64,000 nucleotides of DNA, taken from assembly GCF_000372725.1 (NCBI RefSeq), contig NW_005201792.1, positions 933,440 to 997,439 on the forward strand, read 5' to 3'. Both the position numbers and the translations under genes were made by a program. Source of the DNA: Emiliania huxleyi CCMP1516. Taxonomy: Eukaryota. The notes below the pieces were generated by a model. The model ran no database searches. It worked only from the letters and a program-made list of their open reading frames with translations, and was not told the origin of the DNA. This document shows, one piece after another, positions 1-12,624 of this stretch (position 1 is its first letter; each line of letters begins with the position of its first letter).

Positions 1-128
1 GTGAGAGACCATACTAAGAGGGGGGGAGAAGCACTTTCCGGAGATCCCGTAATAAGCCCCAATCATCTGGAAGGGGGGGGGGGGGGGGGAGTTATAAAGT
101 TTTGCAGTCAGATACGTAAGCAAGAAGA

Positions 129-405
129 GAGCCGCTGGCAGGCCGCCGGCTGGATATGAGCGGTGTCGAGTGTGTCGAGCGGTGTCGACTGGGTGTCGAG
201 CGGTGTCGAGCGGTGTCGAGCGGTGTCGAGGGGTGTCGAGGGGTGTCGAGGTGTCGAGTTTGGCACCTTGACACGGTCGAGCATGGTTTCAGCCTAGATG
301 GTGTCGAGGGGTGTCGAGGGGTGTCGAGGGTGTCGAGTTGGCATGGGGTGTCGAGGTGTCGAGTCGGTGTCGAGGTTTGGTGTCGAGGTGTCGAGGCCAG
401 GGCTC
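129..405. mobile_element. MITE-like element filled with GTGTCGAG(G/C)G repeats, Harbinger-like (3-bp TSD)
   Basis: The left end GAGCCGCTGGC and right end GCCAGGGCTC are near-inverted. AGA flanks both sides (126-128, 406-408). The interior (160-395) is a degenerate GTGTCGAG array. Confidence 0.55.
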
Positions 406-859
406 AGATAAAAAGTCGGCCGTCCAGTTCCCCGGCCCTGGATGTGCGGTTGATGACTGCACTCCAAGTGCTCCAAGTGCGTCCGCGAGCCCTGGGCTCG
501 CCGGCGGCGAGATAGATGCCACGGGGGGTCGCGGTGGCGTCCATCGCCAGGCTCCCTAGCTCAACCGACGACCCTCCTACCTCGGGATCGACGGCCGATC
601 GTCATGGCGATCCGGTCGCGCGATTTCATATTCTCCGGTTCTCGCAACGCCGTCCTCGATCTCGCAAAGGCGCGGGCGACCCCGGCTGTCGCAAGGTCGT
701 TCAAGGAGGGCTGGTGGGCGATCGAGCGCATCCTTTTCAGCTTCTTTCAGCACTCCAAGTTCACCACCCTCGCCGTCCCCAAGGCTGATGGCTTCAACGG
801 CTCACACGACCAGGGCTAGTGGACTAACGTTAGAACGGTGTTGGCACGTTAACGGCTGT

Positions 860-1343
860 AATAGTTCATTATCGTATCCCTCGTGCTCAACGCCCTCCTC
901 AATGTCGGCAATCGCCGCATCCACATCCTCCTCTTCCGCCTTTCGATACTTCTTGAGCGCATTCTTCAGCGGCGTCTTGCCACAGTTCTCGTACAGCTCC
1001 TCGAGCGCGTGTCGATGAATCCAGCGTCATTGCTGTCCTCTTTGAAGGTGCCTCGCGTGAGGTAGCACATGGCCTTGTCGGCAGCAGCCAGCCTGTTGCG
1101 CCGCTTCTTTGCGATGAGTTGCTCGGGCTCGCAGAAGCGCATGCCGAGCACTGCCTCAATCTTGAAGCAGAATGTCGGCACGACCGCATCGTCCGCACCG
1201 CCACCTGCCAGCCGCGCCTGGCGCAGCGCCGATGCTGCCTTTTGGCACCGGTAGCGAGCGCACATGGTGCGGTGCGCGTACTTGAGCAGGCGGTGCGAGC
1301 CGCAGTTGGCGCAGGGGCCCTGGGAGTAGGGCGCGCGCGGCAT
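860..1343 (-). pseudogene. Cargo ORF of the hAT element: Cys4 zinc-finger-like plus chromo-like segment, frameshifted
   Basis: MPRAPYSQGPCANC..MCARYRC..FKIEAVLGMRF..CYLTRGTF..DTR, then a frameshift near 1005 to LEELYENCGKTPLKNALKKY and an acidic tail. Confidence 0.4.
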
Positions 1344-1545
1344 TGACGCGGACCCAGGTATTTCTCGGGTATGCCCGGGGTTTTGCAGGTGTACCCGGGT
1401 TTTACCCGGAGGGTGTGCCAACACCGTTCTAACGGCGTGCTAACACTTGTTTTGAGACTGCCGTTAGACTGTGCTAACACCGACCTTTGCGCCAAGTGTT
1501 GGCACGATCTGTAGTCAGTGCTCCCCCTGAGGTGTGCTAACGTTA

Positions 1546-2399
1546 GAGCGGCCGTACACTGCTCGGTACCCCCCCTGCACAAATAAGCTCATGGCCGACC
1601 CCCCCCCCAGCAGCAGCGCTCTGCTGCTGGGGGGGTCGGGACCCCCCCCCCCAGCAGCAGCGCTCTGCTGCTGGGGGGGTCCGGACCCCCCCCCCCAGCA
1701 GGAGCGCTCTGCCTGTGGGGGGTGCTGGCATCTCTGTACAGACAGCAGCTGTAAGTAGCATGCGTTCCAGTGGCGAGAATTTATGGTCGGCATCAAAATC
1801 AGTGGTCTCACCGGCGGGCCCTCCTACTGCCAACCGGGAGGTGCGGGGCACGCCAGCCTCTCTTCTACGCCTCTCGTGCCTCGCGGCGCCTCTGCTTCAA
1901 GGGGGGAAGATACGGCTCTCGCAGCCCATCATACGCCGTGGCACAGCGGGGAGCACAGCGGGCTGTACAAGATATTGTTCCCTATCTTCGCATGCTCATC
2001 GTTGGTGATATCCGCGCGAGGTCATACGCCACAGGCCAGCAATCACTCGATGATGAGACTACACTGATGTATAGGCGCGTGTGGTATTACAAGATAGACT
2101 CACATGGTCACAAGTGTTTAGTAAAACGCCAGCACTCGACAGCACGAAGGTGTATTGGGCTCGAAGGCGCGGTGAACACAACCGCCTCGAGCGTACCGCT
2201 CAAATACGAGCCGAGGGTGGAGGGGGGGGGGGCGGCGAAAAGGCGGGAGAGCGGGGTCCAGTGCGCTCTGCTGCTGGGGGGGTCGGGACCCCCCCCCCAG
2301 CAGCAGCGCTCTGCTGCTGGGGGGGTCAGACCCCCCCCCCCTAGCAGCAGGGATGAGCTTAGTTGTGCAGGGGGGGTACCGAGGAGTGTGCGGCCGCTC
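1546..2399. mobile_element. PIF/Harbinger-like non-autonomous element nested in the right TIR of the hAT element
   Basis: TIRs of about 46 bp (GAGCGGCCGYACACT..GGTACCCCCCCTGCACAA.TAAGCTCAT). TTA duplicated at 1543-1545 and 2400-2402. Removing the element restores the hAT terminus. Confidence 0.8.
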
Positions 2400-4709
2400 T
2401 TAGTCCTACCACCAGCCCTGCACACGACGACCACAGTCGTCCACATGTTCCCGGGGGACTGCAAGGATGCGGCCCCCCCCCGGAAAGATGGGCTCCTGAC
2501 CATGTACAGCTAGTATTGAGCCGTGCTGTGTGCTTATCGTGCCGTGCCGTGTCGTGTGCCGCATGTTGCCACACGTCACGCGCCCCTCCTCACCCCCCGC
2601 ACCGGCTCCCTGTCACCGGCGCGTGCCCGCCGTGCATCGCTCTTCAGAGGGGGGACTGCGAGATGGTCGCCGTCTTTGGCAAGGTCAAGAAGCAGAAGGC
2701 GCCGCGTGCCGCAGGCGAGACGGCCGAGCTGCGGCAGATGGAGTCGCTGGAGGTGTGGGCCGCGTCGCTCAACACAAGGCGAAGCAGCTGGCCGCTGGCC
2801 GCGCAGATCGGCGCGAACAGTCGCTCGAGGGGCTCTACTGGCTGGCGGTGCTCAAGGGAAAGGCGCACACGCTGGCCAAGGACACGGTCGTCAACACCGA
2901 CACCATCCGCGTGGGCTATCTCGTGGTCAAGGCGCAGCTAGTGGCTCAGGCTCGAGCAACGCGAGTGCGAGGGCAAGCTTCGCTCCTACACGCTACACGC
3001 TGCTCGCGGCCGAGACGCTCATCATCGTGAACCACATGGTGCGGCTGGCGGGCCTGCGCTTCTCGCCCGGCCCGGGCGGCCCTGCGGACCGCCAGCTGAG
3101 GAGCGCGCGAGAAGCTCTATTAAGTTCTTATAATTGGCCTACAGACGCACTACTCGCTCGAGGCGTGCTGCAGTGAAGACCAGTCTTTTTGATTCTGTTT
3201 GGAGGTGTCGATTTACATGCAAAAATGTGTGTTAGAGAGCGTTAATATGGCAAAATTTTCTTCGGCTCCGGCGGGGCCGCTCGCCGCGGGGCTAGAGTGT
3301 AGAGAGTGACTTTTGTCGATGCTCGAGTGTCGATGTCGTCTAGAAGTGCTGCACCTTTTTCGAATGTCACCCAGAGTTACTGCCAGAGAGGGAATCTGAG
3401 GGAGGGTGTAGAGGATGTAGAGTGTAGAGCGCTGTAGCGAGTCTCGACATCTCGAGATCCTGAGCGCTGAGGGTGAGGCTGAGGCGCGTGAGAGCGGCTC
3501 GGGCTGAGGGTGAGGCGTGCTGACTGCTGTGAGTGCTGTCGAGGGATGTGAGGCGGTATGTGACTGTGGTGAAATAAATAAATAAAAACGGACACATCTA
3601 CTGTGAGATTGGTAAAAAGGAACAGGTCCCCTCCCGACTCCACCGTGCGATCTTTGTGCAGGGTTCTTTGACTTTGTAATGTGGTGACTGGTGTGGACTG
3701 TGTTAATGATAATGTTTGGTCGTAAGTGGGAGAACACGTTCACGTAGAACGAAGTGTGTCCGTGCGGGTCCCCTGTCTCTTGCACAGCTGCGGACCCACA
3801 CGCCACGCCCCTCGGACGCGGGCGCGGCAGCAAACGCCAACGACGAACGAGCAACGTGACGTTCGAATGTGTGTCCATCCACACGCGCGCTGATGTTCTT
3901 GGCTCGCGCCAGCGCGTCCACCACACACCCCCCCTCTGCTCAACGTGCTCCGCGCGGTCGGCAGCCACACCCCACACATCTCCGTCTCTGCTGCCAGCGT
4001 ACCCTTCCGGCCCTCGAGTTTCTTCGACACGCACACCGGTCACTCGATTGCGCACCCGCGCCCCGGCTGCCCTTGTGCAAACCTTGATCATCCCCACGGT
4101 GACTGCGGGAAGATGTCGTTGATTCCTCGCGGCGGCTCGTGCGGCCAGAGAGGCGGCGCGTCGCCCGTGGACGGCTCACTCGGCATCTCGTAGCGCTGCC
4201 GCGCGCCTTCCGCCGCGGCGCCGGCGGCAGTGTGCTCCGTGAACCACGAGCGGACGTCCATCGAGGGGAAGCCGCACCGCGGAGTTCGAGCCGGCAGCTG
4301 GTTTCGTCGCGTCTGCGGCTCCTCCGGCGCGACGATGGCGCGGCGCGGCGCGGGCGGCAGCGCGGCGGCTTGTGGGACGGCTCGGGCGCGCGCACAGGGA
4401 GCCACTTCGAGGGACTCGGCAGAGTTGGCATACAGCGCTGCCCGCAGCCCCTCGACGCTGCGAGGGAGGCTCATAATCGTAGTTGGGCACCTGTTGCGGA
4501 GGACGGGGACGACCACACCCGAGGACGACCACACAGCCGCCGCCAAGGAATTTCTTTTGCGGATCTGTTCATATTCTTCTCAATCTCTATCAACAAGCAA
4601 AAGAACAAGCAAGCGACGAACGGCTTCTTGTCCTCGGCCTGAGTGGGGTGCCCGCGCCGCCAACCAGGGTAGCCTGGAATTATGCGCTTCTCTCAATCCG
4701 CTCCCGGCC

Positions 4710-7700
4710 ATGCGAAATAGGCCGACGACGACGGCCGTGCAGGCCGACGTTATGTCGGCCGCTGCTAACCAGCCGTCGCCGGCCGACTCGGCCCACACGG
4801 CGGCCGACGCTGCCTCGCCTCCTCCATCGGCCGACCCCGACTCGCCTTCACCGGACGACGACGAGAGCGGCGTCTGCTCGCTCCTCCTCTCGCTCCCGCC
4901 CGACCTCCTTCTCTTCACGCTGCTGCCTGAGCTTCCGGTGAGTGTCGTCCTCATCCTCCGCTGCTGCTGCAAGCCACTCCGGCAGGCCACGTCCGACGCG
5001 GAGCTCTGGGCGGTACTCGCGGCTCAGCGGTGGGTTGAGGTCCAGGCGTCGCGACACAGCCCCACGCCGAGGCGCGCGGCGGCTCCTGCGTCCGAGTGCG
5101 CCGCCGTGACGCCGCACGTTCTGAGCCCATTCGCGAGCCTCGTCGACGTCGCCCTGCGCCTGGCGCCCATGCCTGCCGTCATGCGGCCATGCGTCGCAGA
5201 CGAGGCAGAGGCCGGCGGCGGCACTCCGCACGCCGTCGTCGTCGGGCAGGACGGAGCCTCCCTCCGCTTCGGTCCCTCCCCGCGCCATCTCTGCGCCGTC
5301 GCCGACCGCGGCTTCCCGGTGGCGGGCGCGCGAGACGGCTGCTTAGAGGCGGCCGTCTCGGGGACCGTCCCATTCGCAACCGACGGGCGCGGCCTTGGGG
5401 CGCCGGGCAGGAGGGGCCCACCGTCCGTCTACCCCACACCCCACCTCTACCCCACCCCTCGCCCAGCCCTCGCCCACCTCTCACTGGCCAATCTCGCAGC
5501 CTCGGGTGCTCTCCTCGCGTCTCGCGCACACCCTCCACCGGCCTCGTGCAACCGGCCCACTGCGCAGGTGGAGCCTCCGGACGACAGCCTACTTTGAGGT
5601 GCGCGTGACGAGGCAGGCGGCGGAGGGCGGCGTCGCCGTCGGACTGGCCGCGACGGGGCACTTCCCTCCGAACGGGGCTCGGCCCGGCGCGAGGCGGAGG
5701 CTGCCGTCGCGTCGGTGGCTCGTCTCGCAGCTCACGGCGTGTGGCGCCTCGCGTAGGGACCTGCGGCTCGGTGGCGCTGCACAGCGGCTCCGGACTGCTG
5801 CAGGCCGCGCTGCCACAGGGAGCCTACGCGGCCAGCTTCGCCGCGGCCGGCTTCCCGGTGCTGCGGACGCTGCCGCGCCCTGCCTCGCAGCCCAAGCACT
5901 CCCAGGGAGCCGCCGTCGCCAGGGCGGGCGATGTGGTCGGATGCGGCCTCGACTATCGCCTCGGCGTCGCCTTCTTCACGCTGAACGGCGCGCGCATTCT
6001 GCACGGCGAGGTGCGGCTGCCGATGCAGCTCGAGTGGCGTCCTCTCGTCGGCTCCTCGAGCGGCGGCGCCGCGATCCACCGCCTCTCTTGCTCGCGAGGC
6101 GGCGGGACACGTCCCCGACACGTCCACGACGCGCCCCTCATAGGCGCCGCGTCCGCGCTCCTGCTCGAGGGGGGCGGGGCGGGCGGCGGCGGCGGCTACG
6201 CGTACGATTTGCTCGCGCGCGAGGAGGACACGTGGACGTGTTGGTGCGACGGCGCTGCGACACGGGAGGGCAGCCGTGCCCGGGGCTGCCCGAGGAGGTG
6301 TCCACGCCGTGTCCGTCAGGTGCAACGACTTTGCGATGCGGAAGCTTTTCGAGGAGGAGCACTGCGGCACCCTCGGCGACGAGGCGCAGCGAGGCTGGCC
6401 GTGGGACACGGGAGGATCCGCGTGGGAGAGCGCGCTGTACAAGCACTGCACGCCGTGGACGGCGCTGCTCCGCTCAAAGGCAGCGCAGCGCGCCGTCCAC
6501 GCGACTCCTCCCCCGCCGCCTTCCGTGGCTCCGTGGAGGGACGGGAGCGGGTACCGCGGCGAGGAGGGCGAGGGTGGCGGCGGCGGCGGCGGGGAGAGGG
6601 CGGGAGCGTGCACCGAGCGGCTCTCTGCGCCTGCGTTGGTCGTGCTGACCGCGGGGGCGGGGCACTTGGACGTGCTCGCGGTGACTGCAGACGACGTCGA
6701 GGAGCCGTGCGCCGCGCGTGGAGGCGGAGGGGATGGGACGCGTCCACGACACGTCCACGACACGTCCCTGTAGGAGCTGTCCGGCTTCCTCTCCTCGGTC
6801 GGAATGCCCTCCTGGGTCGGCGCGAGCCTCGGCAGCCAAGGGTTGCGGCTACCGCTGCTGCAGTCGCTGCCGATGCTGCAGATCGTCGCGGCGGCCAAGC
6901 GCGCCGGCCTCGCCCTTGGCTTGCGTGAGCGGCTCAAGCACGCGGTCCGGTGCACGTTTGGCGTGCCGCTCGCGCCGCCGACGCTGCCGCGGTCGCCGCC
7001 GGCCGCCGAGCGAGCCCGCCGCCGCGTGTTTGCGCTGCCACGGCCCGTGTCGATGGTGGTGCTCCTCTCGCCCGGACTGCCTTGCCGGCTCGAGCCCAGC
7101 CTCTCCGCCGCGGCGGTGTGCTGGCGGCGAGCAGGCCGCGCCGCCGCCGGCTCGCGAAGCTTCTCGGTGCGTGCAGAGGGCCTTCAGCCCACGTCTGGCG
7201 CGTAGGGGACGTGGTCGTCGCCGTCGCGACGTGCGAGGGCTGGCTCGAGCTGCTCGCGGGCGGCGGCGGCGGCGCCCGCCGTGGCGGCGGCCGTCGGTTC
7301 TGGGTGCTGCAGGAGGGGGCACGCGCCGGGCAGCCTGGCCCGCTGCTCCGCGCTCTCAGCGCCGGCGACGTCACTTCGGGAGGGCGGTGCATGGGCGCCG
7401 CGCGCTCTGACGCCGACTCGGCGCTGCTCGCGCGTAACCAGGCCCTCGCCGCGGTGAGGCAATGATATAATATATGTAATAATACAACGTATAATAATGT
7501 ATAACCAGGCCCTCGCCGCGGCGAGGTCGTCGCCGCTCGTGGCCGCGGCCGCGCCATCGGCAGCTGCCTCCCAGGCAGAGGCTCTGCCGGCAGAGGCGCA
7601 CCCGGGCCGCACCGGTTTTGCATTCGGGGAGGGCGGGGTTCGGGCCCACATCCTCTCTCCCCGCGAGCAGGCGCCGCGCTGGTCGACGCTCGAGGAGGGC

Positions 7701-8123
7701 GGGCAGCTGCGGCGCGAGCGCGAGCTGCAGATGCTGCTCTCGCTCGCGCAGCTCTCAGAGGCGCGCGAGGGGACATGTCGCACCCGTCTCTCGCCCGCCA
7801 CGCCATCCCGCCTTCCACGCCTGACTCCACGCTACACCACAATCCCGGGCTCGCTCCGCTCCCACCGCCACGACGAGTTCACAACGTGTCTGCAGGCGCC
7901 GAGCTGCCTCGAGGCGCTGCTCTCCGCCGGTGCGTCGGTCGAGACGTTGCGGTCTTCGTCGATCGAGGGCGTGCACGCGATCGCGCGGAGGGCGGGGCTG
8001 CCAGTCGGGCAGCGCGCACGCCTCACAAACGCAGTCCGGTCGCACCTCCACCGCGAGCCAGCCGCACCGCAGGATCGGCAGGAGACGAAGAACGGGGATC
8101 GTTTGGAGTTGCGTGACGTGTAG
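4710..8123 (+). CDS. Multi-exon F-box plus SPRY-domain protein with possible SAM-like C-terminal repeats
   Basis: F-box LLSLPPDLLLFTLLPELP..LRCCCK..AELW. SPRY motifs AYFEVRV, VAVGLA and GDVVGCGLDY..AFFTLNG. Exon joins are inferred, and the start could be 4752. Confidence 0.6.
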
Positions 8124-8633
8124 TGTGTGTCTCTCTCGCACGCGTGTGGCCCCGTGTCGTCCCTCGGTCTCGCACGGTGTCGCGCCACTGTCGGCTGTCG
8201 GCTGTCGCCGTGAATTCCGTCTCTTACTCTTTCTTGCATCTTGGATCTTGCACAGCTGAATAGAGAATGCCAGAAGGAAGACCACGAGGACGACCCGAGT
8301 ACGGCTTCACATGCACATGAACATGAACATGTGCATATGCACATTGTTCATGTTGACCGTGTGGCGTGTCGCTCCTGGACCTGGTTGGTCTGAGCGTGTC
8401 TCCATCCCCAAGCCCAACGCCCTGGGCCTCCCCACGCTCCAACGCACGCATTTACCCACCTGATAAGTAGTGGGGCTCGGACCACCTTGACCGGCCCCAT
8501 TCGGGAAAGGAGGAAGTGGCGGCTGGGGGGGGGGGGGGGAGTTGGGGTTTCCGTTACCTTCTCATGTGAGATGTGACGCCGCACGGGCATTGCAAAGAGC
8601 TTATCAACGGAGCTACCGCCCGGCGTGCCAAAA

Positions 8634-9599
8634 ATGGTGGCGGCAGCCTTTCTCGACCGATGCTTCTGCGTGAGTGAGCGCGGCTCGAGCGTGGGCACGG
8701 AGGTGCGCGCGGGCATCACCACTTTCGTCACGATGGCCTATATCCTGGTGGTCAACCCCACCATCATGGCCACCGCGGGCCTCCCCTTCAAGGCTGCCGC
8801 GTTCGCCACCGCAGCGACGGCCATTGTGGGGTCCGGCTTCGTGAGCGTGTTTGCCAACCTGCCGTTCGGCCTAGCGCCCGGCATGGGTCTCAACGCCTAC
8901 TTCGCCTACGGCGTCTGCATCGCGCGTGACATCCCTGTCGGCGTCGCGCTGGCGATCATGTGTGGCGTCGGCCTCTCCTTTGGCATCCTCTCGGCGCTTG
9001 GCGCGTGCTCACTGCTGCAGCAGGTGATGCCGAACAACCTGAAGTACGCAACCACGGTGGCCATTGGCGTCTTCCAGGCCTTCATCGGCTTCCGCATGGT
9101 CAACCTTGTGGTTGGCAACAAGGACACGCTCGTCACTCTCGGTGCAGCCTCCCCCCCATTTACCCCTCCTCAACTCAGCACGCCCTCCGGCTCCTCCGGT
9201 TCTTGGACTACAGCGGCGTGGGGCTTTGGGGGTGACGGGAGGCCGACTATTGAGACCGGGTCCTCCGAAGCAGCCGCAACGGCCGCGTCGTGAATCTCTC
9301 TTGCTGCGCACAATGCGCGCCCGAGCATGCTCCCTGAAAGCGTGCCATCAGCAGCATCGTCCTTTTCCGCCCCCGCCCCTCTCTGCAATACACCTACGAC
9401 ACACGCCCCCTGGCAGGCGACATCCTCTCGACCGAGGTTGCGCTCTCTATCGGCGGCACCTTTCTCATTGGTGTGCTCGCTGTCAACCGAGTGCAGGCAT
9501 ACCGCGAGAGATGAGAGCGTGCACCCGACGCCGCCGTGAGAGCGCCCGGGCGCCAGCGCCCACCATTTCACCGCCCACTGTTGGAGCCGCCGCCTTGTC

Positions 9600-9637
<38 letters not shown>

Positions 9638-10893
9638 CCCGGGATGCCGCCGCCGCGGCCCTCTTCACTCCAGCCGCCCCGCCGCGCCCGCTCTGCAGGG
9701 CGCGATGCTCATCGGAATCTGCGCGTCGTCATGCTTCAGCTGGCTGAGCGGGCTCCACCCGCTTCCAGAGAAGTTTGCAGAGGTCTGCACTGCCCCACCG
9801 CGACATGCCGTCTGCACTGCCCCTGAGCCGCGCCTCCTGGCCTCCGCGCTCGCCAGATGCCCTCCGCGCACAGCTTCTGGGACCAGCTCGACTTTGCTGG
9901 CTGCGCCGAGCGGTGGCAGGAGACGCTGCCGATCATGCTCGCGATGCTTTTCGTGTGCATTTTCGACACCGCCGGCGTGCAGTTCGGCGCGGGGTTGCAG
10001 GCGTGCTTTGTCCCGCACGCGGCCCCTCGAACCGCCGCCGCAACCCTCCCCACACTCGCACAGCACCCGATGCCAGCCCCTCACCCGGCGCCCCAAATCC
10101 CTCGTGCCCGCCCAGGCCGGCTTGGTCGACGAGCAGACTGGTCAGTTGCCGGGGACGAGGGCTGCCTTCCTCGGCGCATCGCTCGCAACCGGCCTGGGTG
10201 GCATCCTCGGCACTTCGCCCGTCATCATCCTCAACGAGACGTGTGCCTCTCCCCAGCCAACCTCCCTCCTCCGCCCGCAGCCCCGCAGCCCCGCACTCGA
10301 AGAGCCAGGAGCCCAGCGGCCCCTTCGCACAACCTCACGGCGCGGCTTCCCCAACCACCTGCAGGTGCGCCGGAATCGCCGAGGGTGGTAAGACGGGCCT
10401 CACTGGCCTCGTGGTCGCCCTTCTCTTCCTCCTCAGCTTGCCGTTCCTGCCTATCTTCGCCGCCGTGCCACTGACCGCCACCGCGCCGTGCTGCATCATT
10501 GTGGGCGCCTTTATGATGGGACCCGCGGGGGCGATGGACTGGGACGACCTGCGCTTCTCTCTCCCCGCCTTCCTCACTATCACCGTTATGCCGATGACGT
10601 ACTCCATTGCGAACGGCGTCGTGGCCGGGCTCGTCGCGCACTTCATCCTCAACGTCTTCAGCGTGAGCCTCATCGCCCTCTTCACGGGCCCGCCCCGGCG
10701 GCAGGTGTCCAACAAGCTGCTCTCCGACCCGCTCGTCGCCGAAGGGCAGCCCATCCAGCCTCCTAAGCTGTCCCCGCACGCGCCACGCGTCCGGCTAGAT
10801 GATCGGGTCGAGGCGGCGGAGCGGTTGATTGAGAGGGCTGGGTCGTTCAATCGCTCGCCATCTGCCGGGCACTGGTCGCCTCCAGGCTTGTAG
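8634..10893 (+). CDS. azgA: AzgA-family (NCS2-like) adenine/guanine permease, about 6 exons
   Basis: TEVRAGITTFVTMAYILVVNP, NLPFGLAPGMGLNAYFAY, FDTAG, LGTSPV, GIAEGGKTGLT, PAFLTITVMPMTYSIANG. Confidence 0.92.
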
Positions 10894-11269
10894 CGAGCGG
10901 TGGAGGAGCATTGGGTTGGGGAGGGGAAGGGAGCAATGCAGAGCGCGCCTCGCGGCTCCGAGGTGGTGGTGCTTTGGCCACTGCCTTCGCGGTGTTCGTG
11001 AGAGGGTGGCGAGTAGCCATGTTGTGTGGGGATTGCCAGTGTCTGACGAGAGGCCGGGGTGCGGTGCCGAGTCCTATAGAGCTCGAGGAGGGGGTGCCTC
11101 TGACCGACTTCGGCCTCTTCGGGCCGCCGGCGGGCCGGCACCGCTCGGCCTCGGGCTCGCGCTAAATGACAAAAGAGCCGGGGGGCGCCGCGGCGCGACC
11201 CAGTGCCGGCACTAACTTGATTCCTAGATCGGCGTCTCCCCCTCCCCCTATGTGCCGCCACCCCCCTCC

Positions 11270-12624
11270 AATCCGTAATTCCGTAAAATCGCGTGAAAAG
11301 CGCCCTAATCGAGCTGGGGAGCGGCCCCCAGCCGCCTGGGAGCGTGCCCCAGCTAGCGGGAGCGGTTAGACGTACTTTTCGGCGCGGTGAAGAAAGACTT
11401 GCGGCGACGCGCCCGCCGTCGATCGCCGGGCTGCGTGGCCAGACTCCTCCGAGGAGAGCGAGGCGGAGGAGAGCGAGGCGGGGGATAGCGAGGCGGGGGA
11501 TAGCGAGGCGGATGGCGAGGAGGCGAGCAGCGAGGAGGTGATCCGGACTCCCCCTCCCTCCCCCTCTCGTACGCCGTCACCCCACCGTCCCCGCCGCACA
11601 GGAGGACGATGACGAGTACCAGTACACGGTCGAGCGTGGCGCGCAAGGGCATCGTTGTGCAATATGCAGTCAAGTGGGACGAGTGGGAGACCAAACTCCG
11701 GACATGACGTGGGAGCCGCCCGAGAACCTGTCCAACGCGAAGGAGGAGGTGGTCAAGTTTGAGCGGCGGGTGGCGGCGATGCCTTCTCGCGACGCCTTCT
11801 CCGGGCCAACAGCTTCGCCTGCGTGCTGCTATGCGACATGCTGCAAGGTGGCGGACCGCGCCGATGTCGAGACCAGCCAGTGCTTCGTGTGCGCAAAGAT
11901 GGTGCACCCGGCCTGCGCGACGCAGCACCTCTTCCTCGAGCCCTTCATCCAGAAGCTCGACTCCGCCAACATCTGCTTTGATTGCGCGCTTCTGGTTGCC
12001 ATGGTGGAGAAGCCGTTTGGCATCGCTGGTGCGCGACTGATGTTCGAGCCGTACTACCTCCAGCTGCGCGGCGTTGCCGCGCTCACCGAGCCCTCGCCGT
12101 TCGCCCTCGGCGCCTTCATCGCCACCGGCTCGCTCAAGCTTTTAGAGGCCGCGACTACCACCGCGCGGTCGGCCACAGCCGGCGCCAAATGCGCCAAGTG
12201 CAAGTCGGCTGCAGGCGAACTTCGCGCTTGCTCGTTTTGCAAGGCCGGCATCTACCACGACACGCCTGCGTGCCTTGGGGAGCAGCGAGGGCCGGAGCCG
12301 TCCTTCAAGCACAAGAGCTTCCCCTGGTGCTGCCCAAAGTGCTTCCAAAAGGGGAAGGCGGCACTATCCAAGCACCTCGCTGCGCCTGCGCCGGCCCCGA
12401 CCAAGAAGCGCAGCCGGCGCTGAGTCTCGCTGACCCCTCCCACCGTGTGGGCCGCCCGTCTGCTGCGCGTGCAGACAGCGCGTTGCGGGAGCATTATAGA
12501 GGCCAGCCTTCGTCTTCTCAGCGTGTCGCGAGTGCTGTGTCTCTGCCTGCCTGGTAGCTGGGTGTGGTGGGGGACTCTCTGGTGACTTTTGGTTACAAAT
12601 TTACGGATTTACGGATTTACGGAT
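11270..12624. mobile_element. Small TIR element carrying chromodomain-PHD-PHD cargo
   Basis: Inverted ends (ATCCGTAA[T/A])n and (TTTACGGAT)n. Identical 12-bp direct repeat CCACCCCCCTCC at 11258-11269 and 12625-12636. Confidence 0.6.
11602..12423 (+). pseudogene. Chromodomain (frameshifted) plus two PHD-like fingers
   Basis: YQYTVER..[QYAVKWDEW in the +1 frame]..DMTWEPPENL. PHD1 C..C..CFVC..HPAC..CFDC. PHD2 CAKC..CSFC..H..C..WCCPKC. Basic tail KKRSRR. Confidence 0.7.

Larger units (their letters stand above)
811..2420. mobile_element. Non-autonomous hAT-type DNA transposon
   Basis: Perfect 8-bp TSD CACACGAC at 803-810 and 2421-2428. Termini CAGGGCT(A/G)GTGG are inverted. Internal 20-bp inverted repeat at 828-847/1415-1434 and repeated GTGCTAACAC/GTGTTGGCAC motifs. 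Confidence 0.85.
604..3176 (+). pseudogene. Decayed transposon-type ORF (probable transposase C-terminal part) split by the hAT insertion
   Basis: The frame WWAIERILFSFF...GFNGSHD stops at the hAT TSD. Protein-like text resumes after 2428 (HMFPGDC; ACPPC..GDCE; YWLAVLKG; GYLVVKAQ) across frameshifts. The family assignment is inference. Confidence 0.4.

Noticed and set aside
3213..3730. Discrete TIR element
   Set aside because: Only about 10 of 14 terminal bases match and there is no TSD. Probably transposon-derived, but the boundaries are unsupported.
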